Below are positions 36,988 to 49,190 of a DNA stretch of 64,000 nucleotides, one piece after another. Location of the stretch: contig CM052817.1 in assembly GCA_028534125.1 (NCBI GenBank), forward strand, positions 34,102,001 through 34,166,000. Direction: 5' to 3'. This stretch comes from Lama glama. Taxonomy: Eukaryota. The notes beneath the pieces are model-generated. The model worked only from the letters and a program-made list of their open reading frames with translations, did not search any database and had not been told where the DNA came from. How positions within the stretch are numbered: the first letter of the stretch is position 1; each line of letters opens with the position of its first letter. The position numbers were made by a program, and so were the translations under genes.

Positions 36988-39222
36988 CTGGCAAAAGACA
37001 CAAATAATAGCGGGAGGTAATGATATCTACACATAATACAATCTCCGAAATGCAGGATCTGGAGCCCAGCAGATACCACTGCATTGATGCCTGCATTTTA
37101 TTCATACTCTACTGAATATGTCATTTCCCACAGTTAGGATGTCAGGCTGTGACCTGAATTTCCAAGCATGTTGCTGAGACTGTCAGCATTAGCTTGGAGC
37201 AAGGCGAGAATTTAAGTATGCAAAGCAGGGCTTGCATATTCAGTGTTTTACGTAAGGAAGAGGCCTTGGATTTTGGCCCAGCTGAGAAGGAGTTGCCTTT
37301 CTTTTTTCATTAGTATTGCCTTCCTCATAAGAAAACGTTGACACAAACACACACATACACAAACAGTACACACAAAGAAAATTCTTGAAGACTTCCAGTG
37401 AGGACCCCTGAAGATGCAAAGCTCTCAGAAGCACATTTTATTTGAAAAGGTAAAGAGCTAAGCTAGAAGGGAAAAGGGAAAAAGGAAAAGGCTGAGAAAT
37501 ACTACAGCAAACACGCCATGATTCTTCGGGAACCTCAGACTTTTCTCTAGAGAAACAAAGACCCAAGGTCAAATGGACAAGCATGGGAAAAAAAAATGAA
37601 ATCTAGCTCTGCTTTAAATTGCAAGCAGCCCTTTCAGGAATGCTTTGCTGTACTTTTCATAAGTGATGGGGGCAACTAGGTTCTTTTCCAGAAACCTGCC
37701 TACGATATGGGAGTGGATTTTTGAAAGTAAACAAAATCTGTTTTATCTTCAGACTTGAAAAGGCTGGAAGTCCTGTATTCCCACTCTCTTCAGACTCAGA
37801 CTGCTCACCTGGCCTTTGTTTTGCCCTGTGGCAAACAAGCCTCTTGAAGACCAAGGCTAGCTTGTGACCCCAAGAAGTGAACGTGTAAACAGCTTAAACG
37901 CAGCAAGCGGCTAAGTGTTTTTGAAAGAACGCAGTCTTGTCATCCAATCAAAAGACAAGCAGAATTTTCTAGAACAGGACCGAGAAGTGGTGGCTGACTA
38001 TATGATTCCTTCCTCTACCACCCACCCCAATCAGAAGGCCCACCTTCTCTTCACTGTCTCCATTCTAAGCATCCTTATACCCTATCTCATTCTCCTTACT
38101 CTTGTCAATATATTTCCTTAGATGCTTTTGCCTAGCAATAGCATTTGGGGATTAAGAATATACCCTCTCAAAGCAGCAGCAGGAACATGGCTTGTTAGAA
38201 GTTATATGTTCTAGAATTCTAGTTATACTTCTATTGAGCATCTTGCTCTATATATACAGACTGTCTTTTTTATTGTTGATTTGGCCCCACGATGGGCATA
38301 TGATGTGCCCTCTCGCATCCTGTTCTTTGGAGAGTGAGTTCCCCCTATCCCAGATATGCTTAGTCTGTATGGTTTGGGCGGAGTTTCCCTCCCCTCGCCC
38401 CTCCCCCTGGGAAGGGCCTGGTCAATCCCAGCACATATTCTAAAATCCTTTGCAGTGATTGGCTCAGGGATGAGCACGTGGCAGCTGCTGCTATTTGGAG
38501 ACTCTTGATTCTCTGATTGCAGCTTTCTGTTCCCTGTTGCGATAAAATTCAGTTAATATAGTAATTAGTGTTCTCTTTTGTTCACGAACAAAATTACGAT
38601 TGGAAATGGATGTGCATAAAGAAATACCTTCTCATTTTCAGTGACTGATTTAGGAAGATTGTTGTTTCTAAGTGGAAACTTGACTCAGGTAAGTCTTCTT
38701 GGAATGCCACAAAGATTTTACAGACAGGACTGATATAAGTTGCTTTAATACAAAAAAAGCCTTCTACCCTCCCATACAAATTACACATTATTTGACCTAA
38801 TGAAACACACACACACTATTTGTTTGCATTTATTTGTTTTTCTCAAAAAGACTTTTGCTGCTGAGAAAGTCATCCTGAAAACATCCCTCTCTTTGGAGTA
38901 TAGAAGCAATCCCCCTTGGGTTATGGAAAACTGTGTATGGGTCCGTTATTTATCAGCAAATCCACAATGCTGCCATACAAGCAACATTTGTGATTTTCTC
39001 TCCACTTTCAAGTTAAAAGAAAAATTGCAACTGTATACTTATTTTCAATAGCCCTTTCACATTCGTTGTTTACTGGACATGATGGGGTTAATAGTTTTTG
39101 GGGAAATGCCTCAGAAATTAGGTAGAAATCAGCAATGTGACCATAGGTGAAAATGACTGGGCATGGTTGCTATCGCCATTTTTGATGGCAAGCAAAATAG
39201 GCACTATTTTTATTTAGAGCAA

Positions 39223-39296
39223 AGTTTTATTCCAGTTCATGCATTTAACTGAAGAAATCAGTTTTATTCCAGTTCATGCATTTAACTGAAGAAATC
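39223..39296. repeat. Perfect 37-bp tandem duplication
   Basis: agttttattccagttcatgcatttaactgaagaaatc x2. Confidence 0.95.
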
Positions 39297-39718
39297 ATAA
39301 GGAGAGGATTATCTGTACTTAAATAGTGTGTTTGCCCTCTGGAAAGCTTGGGATCAGAAGGTTTTAAAACTGGTTAACAGGTCTGGAGCAGTATTGGTAT
39401 CCTAAGTTTGGTTTCCATTTCCTGGAAAGACACTTATTATCGTGAAAAAAGGGAAGAAATTGTGTTGATGCCCCTGTGTGCAGAATAACAAAGACAGAGG
39501 TTGCATTGGGCAGAAGCTACACACGTGAAGCCTGTTCCAGTTCTGAGAGTCTATGTATCTACGTAGTTTCTTTCTACATACATGGCAAACAACCTTGATT
39601 ATAATTTGCCTTCCCACACAGCTTGCCTTTACGGAAAAGCTGTGCTGGTCAGAGGACATGAGTGCTGTTCTTCTTTGCAGCTAGTGTATAACATACTTGT
39701 TAAGAGCACAGGCCCAGC

Positions 39719-39802
39719 GGGGAGGGTAGAGCTCAGTGGTACAGTGTGTGCTTAGCACGCATGAGGTCCTGGGTTCAATCCCCAGTACCTCCATTTAAAA
39801 AA
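39719..39802 (+). mobile_element. tRNA-derived SINE head (Vic-1-like)
   Basis: ggggagggtagagctcagtggta...gaggtcctgggttcaatccccagtacctcc with Pol III A and B boxes. Confidence 0.9.
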
Positions 39803-40268
39803 TCATTTCTTTATCCTTGACTCTGGCCATCTTGATTATGATATGTCTTGGTGTGGGTCTATTTGGGTTCTTCCTGTTTGGGACCCTCTGAGCTTCCTGT
39901 ACTTGGATAGCTGATTCCTTCTTTAAGTTTGGGAAGTTTTCAGTCATGATTTCTTCAAAAACCTTTTCAATCCCCTTTGATCTTTCTTCCCCTTCTGGGA
40001 CCCCTATTATGCGAAGATTGGCATGCTTTATGTTATCCTGTAGGTCCCTTATGTTGCTTTCATTTGTTTTTATTTGTTTATCTTGCAGTTGTTCTGATTG
40101 GGTGCTTTCTATTGTCCTGCCTTCTAGGTCACTAATTCGTTCCTCTGCATTATCAAGTCTGCTGCACAGCCTTTAGATCTGTTCTCATCTCAGCCAATGA
40201 GTTTCCCAATTCTACTTCACTCTTCTTTATAGCTTCAATTTCATTTTTGACATATTTTATATCTCTAA
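39803..40268 (-). mobile_element. Young L1 ORF1 internal fragment
   Basis: Minus-strand translation RLDNAEERISDLEGRTIE...NIRDLQDNIKHANLRIIGVPEGEERSKGIEKVFEEIMTENFPNLKK...QEAQRVPNRKNPNRPTPRHIIIKM = ORF1p coiled-coil end plus RRM; one frameshift near 40167. Confidence 0.95.
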
Positions 40269-41699
40269 ACACACACACACACAAAATCAAACAAACGTAA
40301 ATAAATAAGTAAGTAAAAACTTAAGCAATGTCTATTTCCAAGCCTCTGGTTTTTTTGTTTCATTTGTTTTCTTTTGTTTGTTTTTTAATCTATAAAATGA
40401 GGACAATAATGAACATCTTCCTCATCAGATGTAATGATGAGTGAGAGACAGAATGCATGTAAAGTGTTTAGAACAAACCTTGGAATAAAATTCATTTACT
40501 CATGTTATTTCTACTAGTACAAATAAAGCAGAAGGCATTCTGTTTTAAATATTTCCTTTTAAAAATAAATTTTTTTTCAGGAAAAATCTTGAACAAACAC
40601 AAAGAAGAGAGTTGTATAAAGAAGCCTCATGTAGCAATTACCCATCTAAAATAAGTCATCAACTAACAATGGCCACTTTTGTTTCACTTATGTCCCCACT
40701 CACACCCCTTCCCTGCCACTCACCATCCCCAGCAAATGCCAAGCATAAATAACTTCATCTGAGACATATACACTTCTTGATTAGAGATCCCACTTCTAAA
40801 AGGCCAGCCTACTCTAGCTGTGGTGTCAAGTAAGACCTTGGATCATTGTGGTGAATTTTCCTTAGCTGACCTCTAGAATATGTTCCAAAGAAAATTTTCC
40901 CACCGTGTGTTCATGAGTTTTATGCCAAAAGAACAGAGTTCTCTGGTCAAGCACATTCTCAAATTGCTGAGTTAAAGAATGCCATCTTGCTTTATTCTGG
41001 GTGCTTTTCAGAATATTTAATAGGCTCTTTCACCAACAGTCTCAGAAGAAGAGATAGTATGAAGAGAATCTTAAACATATTTAATTGTGCAACTGCCTTT
41101 TCCAGAAGCATCTTAGGACACATTTTGACCATCAGAACAAATACCACTTTGGAAGGACTTATGTGAGCAGACAGATGGTCTTCTCCAGGTCACAAATATA
41201 CATTTTCTTTGAATTTCTACAATTTCCATTTGGTCAATGCAGCTGAAAGTCAGAATCTTGAGTTCTGGGGCCAGTGTGCCCATTATTAAAGGAGAAATGG
41301 TATAGATTCTTTCCCTGTGTCAGCACACAAGGGAGAACCATTAAAATAGACTGAGAAGTGAGAGGAGAGTGAATGGAATTGAACTGAATGTGAGATACAA
41401 TGTTGACTGTCTTCCAAAGCCTGAAATTCCTAAGCAGTAGTGGCTACATAAGCAGGACCCTATGAAATTGAGGCTCTATATTTTGACATAGTTGTTGGAC
41501 TATTAGCATTAAATTGGAATTTGGGTTTAATGATGCAAAGAAGGAGAAAAATAGGAAACCTAGGAGATCTTGGAAAACTATTGAGCCAAAGTTCCCTTTG
41601 AGGAATGCCACTGAGAACATGCATCACCTGTTGGGGTGTGGAATGATTCTGCTGTCACGTGCTGTCTGGGAATCTTGCTCTTCCACTGATACTGAGATG

Positions 41700-42135
41700 G
41701 AGTCTTTGGGAGGAAGTGTGGTAGACACCGCTGGAGTTCACTCATGTCCAGTTCTCTCTTTCTGGGAACTTGGGAGCTTGTGCTTCTCAACCCTCTTGCA
41801 GTTGAATAGAGACTTTTGGCTAATTCTGGCCAGAACAACATGAGCAGAAGTGACATTAGTCCCTGTAGGCTGAGTTACTGAGAGTCCCTGGAATGATTCT
41901 CCAGGTTTTCATATCCTTATCACAGTGACCAGGGAGTCGTCTGCATATTTCAGATGATACAGATTCAAGATGGAGAAGCATCTGTCAACCCAGGGTCCCT
42001 GAGTAACTGTGGAGCAGAGCTCCTCAGTGACCCAAGATGGACATGTAGAGTGAACAATAAACCTGTGTTGTGTTAAGCCATCGGGATTTGGGGGTGAATT
42101 TGTTACCAAAGAATAACCAATACTTCCTGACTGAT
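41700..42135 (+). mobile_element. MaLR LTR (old MLT1)
   Basis: gagcagaagtgac...ccagggtccctgagtaactgtggagcagag...aataaacctgtgttgtgttaagcca. Confidence 0.75.
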
Positions 42136-42469
42136 GCAAGAGGCATCTTTTTTCACTGTTACCCTCACTTGTCTTCTCCACACTCAAACCATCTAGCACT
42201 AGCACAGGTTCTATTGTAAATGGCATCTAACATCAAATCATAACAGAATAAATATATGGATACTTTCAACTAGCGCCTGGGCTGTAGTGATGATAATAAT
42301 AATTTTAAAAAATGAAAAACTTACTAGATTAGGATAGATTTCTGAGCCTCTTCTCTCCATAGCTGTTAAGAAGTCAACTTACCTGAGTTCACTGACATCC
42401 CTCTTTATCCATCATACCAAATGGAATGAAGCGAGAACACATGAAGCTTCTAATACCTACCAAGTAATA

Positions 42470-42705
42470 GATGCTAAGAGCCAATATTTACCGAGTAATT
42501 ACAGTATACCAGGCATCTTTTCAAGCACTTTACATATGCTATTATCTCATTATTCCTCTTAAAAACCCAGATATTGTTACTAACATTTTTCATCCCGATT
42601 TTATGGAACCTAACCTTACAGAGAAAACAGGCAGTTTGAGCATCTTGCCCAAAGTCACACGTAGGAAGCAGTAGAGCTGGAATAAAATGCAAGGGAGCCT
42701 ACACT
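42470..42705 (-). mobile_element. MIR SINE
   Basis: aagcactttacat...cttgcccaaagtcacac...gtagagctgg. Confidence 0.7.
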
Positions 42706-42724
42706 CTAAATTTTTTTCTTTTTA

Positions 42725-43672
42725 CTGTCTTTATTTTTTTAGGACATTTTAAGGTTCATGGCAAAATGGAAGGGAAGGAACAGAAATTTTCCATATATAA
42801 TCCTGCTGCCACACATGCATAGGCTCCCATTATCGACATCTCCCACCAGAGTGTCCATTTGTTACAGCTGATGAACCTACGTTGACACATCATAATCACC
42901 CAAAGTCCATAGTTCACATTACAGTTCACTTTTGCTGTTGTACAGTCGACTTTTGTATATTAATGTTGTATTCTACAACCTTGCTATAATCACTTATTAG
43001 TTCAAGGAGTGTTTTTGTTTATTCTTTTGGATTTTCTGTGTAGAGAATCATATCATCTGTGAACAAAGACAGTTTTATTTCTTCCTTCTCAGTCTGTGTA
43101 CCTTTTATATCCTTTTTCTTGTCCTTTTGCATTAGCTAGGACTTTCAGTATGATGTTGAAAGGAGTGGAAAGAGGGACATCCTTGCCTTGTACTTGACCT
43201 TAGTGGGAAAACTATGAGTTTTTCATCATTAAGTATGCCATTAGCTATGGATTTGGGTAGATATTCTTTATCAAGTTGAGGAAAGTTCTCCTCTATTCCT
43301 AATTTACTGATAGTTTTATTTTGTTTTGAACAGGTGTTAGATTCTAGGAAAATGCTTTTTCTGCGTCTATTGATATGATCATGTGATTTTCCTTTTTAGT
43401 CTGCTGATGTAATGGATTGCATTAATTGATTTTCAAATGTTGAACCAACCTTGCATATCTAGGAAAAATTCCACTTGGTTGTGGTGTATAATTCTTTTTA
43501 CACATTATTGGATTAAGTTTGATAATATTTTGTTTGGGATTTTTTTATATCTATGTTCATGAGAGATATTGGTCTGTGGTTTTCTTGTAATGTCTTTGTC
43601 TGGTATTTGGCATTAGGGTGATGTTGGCTTCATAGAATGAGTTGGGAAGAATTCCCTCTGCTTCCATCCTTG
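42725..43672 (-). mobile_element. L1MB-type element: 3' tip joined to ORF2 RT-domain segment
   Basis: 42725-42945 is an L1MB 3'UTR end; 42946-43672 translates (minus) to KRIIHHNQV..MQGWFNI*KSINAIH..HMIISIDAEKAF. Confidence 0.9.
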
Positions 43673-43902
43673 ATGGTCTGTAATTTCCACCCACCCCCAC
43701 CATGACCTCGTTCCTTTTGTCTCTCAAGCCTTTTCTAAATTTTTCACAGGAAAGAATCCTTTCCCATAGTTAACCCCAGATGCTGCACTTTGAGCTTCAC
43801 AGGCAAGAAGTTTCTCTGATCCATCTCTTTGTAATCATCACCTAGTACAATGCACGCCTCATGTAAGTGCTCAAGGCAGGTTTTCTGAACAATTAATTTC
43901 AT

Positions 43903-44145
43903 CAGGAATCAGCAAAGCTTTTTCTGTAAAGAGTCAGACAGTAGACACTTTTGGCTTTTCAGACAAAGTCTCTGTTGCAACTTCTCAGCTCTGCCATTGT
44001 AGCATGGAAGCAGCCATTCTCTCTCTCCCTCCCTCTCTCTCTCTCACGCATACCCATAAGCATGGCTGTGTTCCAATAAAACTTTATTTACAAAAACAAG
44101 TACAGTTTTGGATTTAGCCTGAGGGTCATGGTTTGCTGACTCCTG
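43903..44145. mobile_element. MER58A (hAT-Charlie MITE) with internal (CT)n
   Basis: TIRs caggaatcagcaaa / tttgctgactcctg; internal tggctgtgttccaataaaactttatttacaaaaaca. Confidence 0.9.
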
Positions 44146-44689
44146 AATTAAATGAATGATTGGATGAATATGCAGATTGCCTTGGAACCACTTGGTTTTG
44201 ACTCTAAACCTTCTTTTCTAGGAAGGCAGACTTCCCTGGTCCCTCTGCACACAAATTCTTCCTAACTTCCAAAATTAAGGCCCAGGCCAAATGGTGCTCT
44301 AAGTGGATGGAGGACAAGATCTGTTATTTTCTTTTCTCATTCAACAGCTCGAATGGAATCATTTAGATGCAGTGTTACTAGAAAAGATAATAGTGGCAGC
44401 TCTCATAAGTCATTAAAGCTGAAATTTACTATCATGTATATTAAAAACAAGAAGGAAAAAAAAATTTCCTGATGCTCAAGACTGTGCTGCATTGAAGCGG
44501 ATATCTCAGGATTTCACAGTGGTGCAGGTTCCCATGGGAAATGAACACAAAAGACAGTAGAAGGAAAAGGTGAGTTCATGCGTGGTTAAGGTACATGTGC
44601 CACAGTCATGATTAAGGCTGCTCTGAGGTCCCTGGGGGTGGACGTGACTGATGAACTGAGACACTGGAAAAGTTGGGCATTCAAAAGAA

Positions 44690-44870
44690 GGTTCAAATAC
44701 TAACTTTGACCCTTACTAGCAGTAGGACTTCTCAAATTTGTTAACTCCTCAGTGCCTCAATTTTAATGTCTATAAGATGCATGTAATAAAATCCACATTC
44801 CAGGGTTGTTTTAGGGATGACAAGAAATACATATGTGAAGCCCTGAGGATGGTGCAGGAAATATCACCGA
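44690..44870 (+). mobile_element. MIR SINE
   Basis: ggttcaaat...cttactagc...gtgcctcaatttt...cagggttgttttagggatg. Confidence 0.7.
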
Positions 44871-46164
44871 TCAATATTTGAGCCGGGAGCTTTCACGTCT
44901 GGTCTCACGTGCCCCCTCATAGATCTTATTACTGCCCGACACCACTTGACACATTTATTTGTTTATTCATTATTGCCTGTCTCCTTTCCCCACTAAAGTG
45001 TAAGATCCATGAGGGCAGGGACCAGCCCCATTTCTGAACAAAGACAGAATGGACTTCAGGCTCTGAGCCTTTGACAGGCAACACCTTCCAGCTAGAATTT
45101 AATGACGTTTGGTTTTCATTTACATTTATTTCTTACTGTATTCTTTCATTTAGAAAAGTGATACTGAGTTTCTATTCATGGTTCTAATAAAAGTGCCCTT
45201 TTAAATTAAATGTATTTGATAAATAAATCCAAATACACACACGAATTTATTTAGGCTTATTTATTTGAAAGTTAGTTGATTTAAAGAAAAGTATTAGGTT
45301 AGTGGTAATAAAGATGGTATGCTTGTATGACTATATACATAAATATTTCTCAAATAGCTAAAGTTTAGGGCTTGCTGGAGCATAGGATCATGGAGGTTCT
45401 TTTCCAGGACCATCATGCTATGATCTGGTGCTTGTATAAGGAGTGAACTTATCCTGAGTGCAGTGAGTCAAACGTGCACTCTGGGAGGAACACTTCTGCC
45501 TTGGGAGACCAAGTTTTGGGCAAGGAAAGTCAGCTCACGATTAGCTGCTGGGAATACCCTCCCTGCCCCAAAGGGAAAGACTCCAAGGTCTTATTTTCTT
45601 ACTTTCCCTTTGTCTAATTTTGTTCTCCCAGTAAGTTTCTGGTTAGAAATTTTCGAGTCAGACAACAAACATCTTGGAGCCAGACAATAAAATAAAAAAA
45701 TAAAAATAAAAATAAAAACAATAAAAGTGAGGCATGAAGAAGAAAGTGAATGGCCATGGGAAGCAAGTCAGTCAAGATTTCTTCACTTTACAAGGATCAA
45801 ATCCCAGGCATGGGGACATCACGAGGCAGGATTGCGTCCCAACTCATGAGCACCAAGAGTGTTTCTTCATGTCTCCTGCTTTTCCTGTTTCCCTTTCCCA
45901 AGCCATTGCCCCCCAACCCTTTTTTGTTGTTTTAAGAAAGAAATTCAATGCATACTCTGATGAAATCTTTGGGTCTTGTTCAATTCGTTTTCAATTACAC
46001 CAGAGTAGGGTGGAAGGGGTGAGGGAAAGACAGATCAACTTCCTCGGCACTATCTTGTTTTCAGTAAACTTCCTGAATCATGTTGGAAGCTGCCCTGATG
46101 ACAAGATTTCACACACTGAGAAGATGGTCTTCAACATCAATGTTCTCAAACTTCAGTGACAATA

Positions 46165-46290
46165 TAAATCACTCGGGGATGTTCTGAATCAGCAGTCTGG
46201 GGGGCCACAGTATGATCTGCATTCTAACCAGCTCCAGGGCTGCCGGGGATGCCAGTGGTGCTGGTCCAAGGGCCACACTGTGAGCACTGA
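46165..46290. mobile_element. MER5A-like MITE fragment
   Basis: tctgaatcagcagtctgggggg...atctgcattctaaccagctcc...gctggtccaagggccacactgtgag. Confidence 0.7.
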
Positions 46291-46814
46291 GGCTATATCA
46301 TCACTGTCACCATATGACACGGCATTTACAACACTACTTGCACTGTGCTCTGACCCAGATGCTGAATCGACATTCATTTTCAAACCGGAAACATCCTCCT
46401 AGGTCCTGGGAAGAAATGGGAAGGTGAATACAATTTGATTTCTCCCTCAAGAGCTTCCTGACCATGTCTAAGATCAAAGCCAAAGACATAAAATAGTACT
46501 ATAATTATTATAGGAAAAAGTCTCTGTAACAAGGGCATGAAATATATACCAAATCCACAGTAATCGACTTAAAATATAGATATTAAGTCCCCTCTCTCTC
46601 TCTCTCTCTCTCATGTCCACCACTCTTAGAAGTTAAAGCTAGCTCTGTGTGGTGCTTATACTGCTGATCTGGACTCTAGATGGGAGGTGGAGGGGAGGTA
46701 GCACATCATTTAGACAGAACTTGAAGGGCAAGAATGCAAAGCACAGAAAACATTTTTTACATTTAAATTACCCTCAAGAACCTCTCCTCTGGAATCTGCA
46801 GAGGAGGTATTTCT

Positions 46815-47388
46815 TAAATTGCTGCTGAATTTGGTCACATCTCGAATCCAGTCCTCAATCTTGATGGAACCCCCGCCCTTAGGCACACGCGTGGTGGAAA
46901 CCTAATGTCAAGGCCTAATATTATGTGCTGCCTTAACATCTGGAGCAAGAAGGAGGGCTTTGAATGACCTGAGTATAAGCCCAGCTCCCTACTCTTCTCC
47001 TGTAAATAAGGTTCCCCAGGCTGACAGACCTCCATATCAAGGGGACCAGGTGCAGACTCCACTTATCCTTGGAGAGTGGGTTTTGGTTTCCTTCTGGCTC
47101 ACAGAATTATTCAAACAAGCCCATCACATCCTTTCATGGGGATTGGGGGTCCCTTCACTCTCCGGACACTACAAACCCTGCCTCGCAGCCCTGGCCATGG
47201 CCTGTGATCCTGAGTGCAACCCCTGTGCACTCCTGCGGGTGTGGGTGTCCTCTCCCTGTGCTGTGAGTGTATGTGCGTCACAACTCCTGCTGATCTCATC
47301 TGCCCAGTGTTGGTGCTTTGCCATCCTCACCACACTAGGACCAGAATCCCTCCCTCACCAATGAGGTGAATAGGAGGCACTTGAAACA
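46815..47388 (+). mobile_element. ERVL solo LTR (MER74-like)
   Basis: gagtgcaacccctgtg...gctgtgagtgtatgtg...gatctcatctgcccagtgttgg...gaatccctccctcaccaa..gtgaataggaggc. Confidence 0.7.
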
Positions 47389-47739
47389 ATACACAGTTTG
47401 GCTTTGAGTGGGATTTCATGAGGATGCACATACTGAGTGACATGCACGTAGAGTTTGCTGCATAAAACATAGATTTCAGGCAGCTCCGATCTTCCCTTCA
47501 CTACCATCATTACCTCACAGGCAGTCAGGCTTCCGCTAACTCCCAGATGCCTTGGTATTTAACACTCTTTTGATTGGATGTTGGATTTCTATTTCAGTAA
47601 TCCTTCCACTTATACTAATACTGTGCATTGTATAACACAAAATTGGAAACATTTTAACCACGCATATATATTACGATTTATCCTGAAATCAATTTGGATT
47701 GCCTTAAACTCAATACCGTAATCATTACTCAAATGCAAA

Positions 47740-48255
47740 CACCATAGAAGAACGTTCATAGCAGCATTACTTGTAATAGTCCCAAACTGGAATGTCCATC
47801 AAGACCCAATGTCTCAGCTCGAATGCCCTTCAGTGGTAGGACAAATAAATAAAGCAAGATATATTTATACAGTGGGATACCACTCAACAATGAAAATAAA
47901 CAAACTACAGTCAATGCAACTACTTGGATGAATCTCACAAACATAATATTGAAGCAGACACTAAACATAATATTGAGGTCAGACGCCAAGGAAAACACAT
48001 GTATGATTACGTTACACAAAATTTCAAAAGAATCAAACTCATCTGTGTTATTAGAAATTATAACAGTGACTAACTTTTGAGAAGAGGAAGGAGATAATAA
48101 TTAGGGGGAAGAATGAGGGAGGGATTATGAAGGTACATTTAGTGTTCGATTTCTTGACCCTGGTCATGGGTTAGCGGGTATATTTCCTTTGTAATAATTC
48201 ATTGTTCTGCATGTCACTCTTTCCCTTTTCTGTATGTATATCTCAATAAAAAGAT
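47740..48255 (+). mobile_element. L1ME-type 3' end
   Basis: gttcatagcagcattact...tggatgaatctcacaaacataatattga...tatctcaataaaa. Confidence 0.85.
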
Positions 48256-48289
48256 GTACTACATTATCAGTAAAAATCAATATCTTTTC

Positions 48290-48950
48290 ATCCATTAGCA
48301 GTTATTAAGTGTTTACTGAATGCTTAATATGAGGATGAGTTTTCTGTGGTGAACAAGACAGGTATTGGTTCCTATAGTATATTGAGAGAAGAACTGGACA
48401 CCATAAATTAGTGCTCTGGGAAGTAAGTGATAAAGCCCATGAGAGATGTGGATACAAACTGTCACAGCAATTCGGAGTGGAGGGTCGTTTCCATCTGGAG
48501 GATCAGGGGAGCTTTCACAGAAGAGGTAGCACTGCAGCTGGGCCATGAAGGGCAGATGAAACTTAGACGTGGAGACACGGCGGAAGACACTGTAGGAAGA
48601 GAAAATGGTACCAGTAGGGTGAGTCTAAGGTGTTGGATGGGGAAGTCCAGTTCTCTAGGAGGGCTGAAGCATGGAAACATGGTAGGAAGTGATGGGAAAA
48701 GGCAGCTACATTTGAATTCTGGAAGTCTCTGAGTCAGGCTAAAAAGGGTGGGCTCTATCCTGTGGTGTGGGGTTTTAATGGAAGAGTATTAAGCTTAAGG
48801 GAGAGAAGAAAAGGTACAATATGACCATCAGATCATAGGTGGGAAAGCCAGCTAGAGGGAAGCTAGGTAAGGGACCCTGGCTGTATAACCCAGAGCTGAG
48901 ATGTTAAATGCCTGAATCCCTGTGCCAACAGAGTGACAGAGAGGAGGGGC
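48290..48950 (-). mobile_element. L2 LINE fragment
   Basis: atttactgaatgc-like 3' end (gtgtttactgaatgc), gaacaagaca, atcaggggagctttcacagaagagg. Confidence 0.65.
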
Positions 48951-48974
48951 TGATTAAACAATTCAAAGGAGCAA

Positions 48975-49190
48975 ATGAGTCAAAAGGACCTGATTTTAAT
49001 CCCTGCTTCACTATTTCACTGATGTATAAATTTGGGTAAACTGATTAATCTAAGTGTTAGTTTGTCCAACTGTAAAATGGGGCTAACATAGGGCAGTGCC
49101 AAGGTTATGAATATGAATGAGCATGAAGTCCTTAGTACACGGCTCCTAATAGAAACTTGGTAAAAGGCAGTGATCATTATCATTATTATT
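48975..49190 (+). mobile_element. MIR SINE
   Basis: gagtcaaaaggacctg...ctgtaaaatgggg...gatcattatcattatt. Confidence 0.7.

Noticed and set aside
39719..39791. tRNA gene
   Set aside because: Has A/B boxes but is the head of a SINE also present at 28999-29130 and 57800-57972
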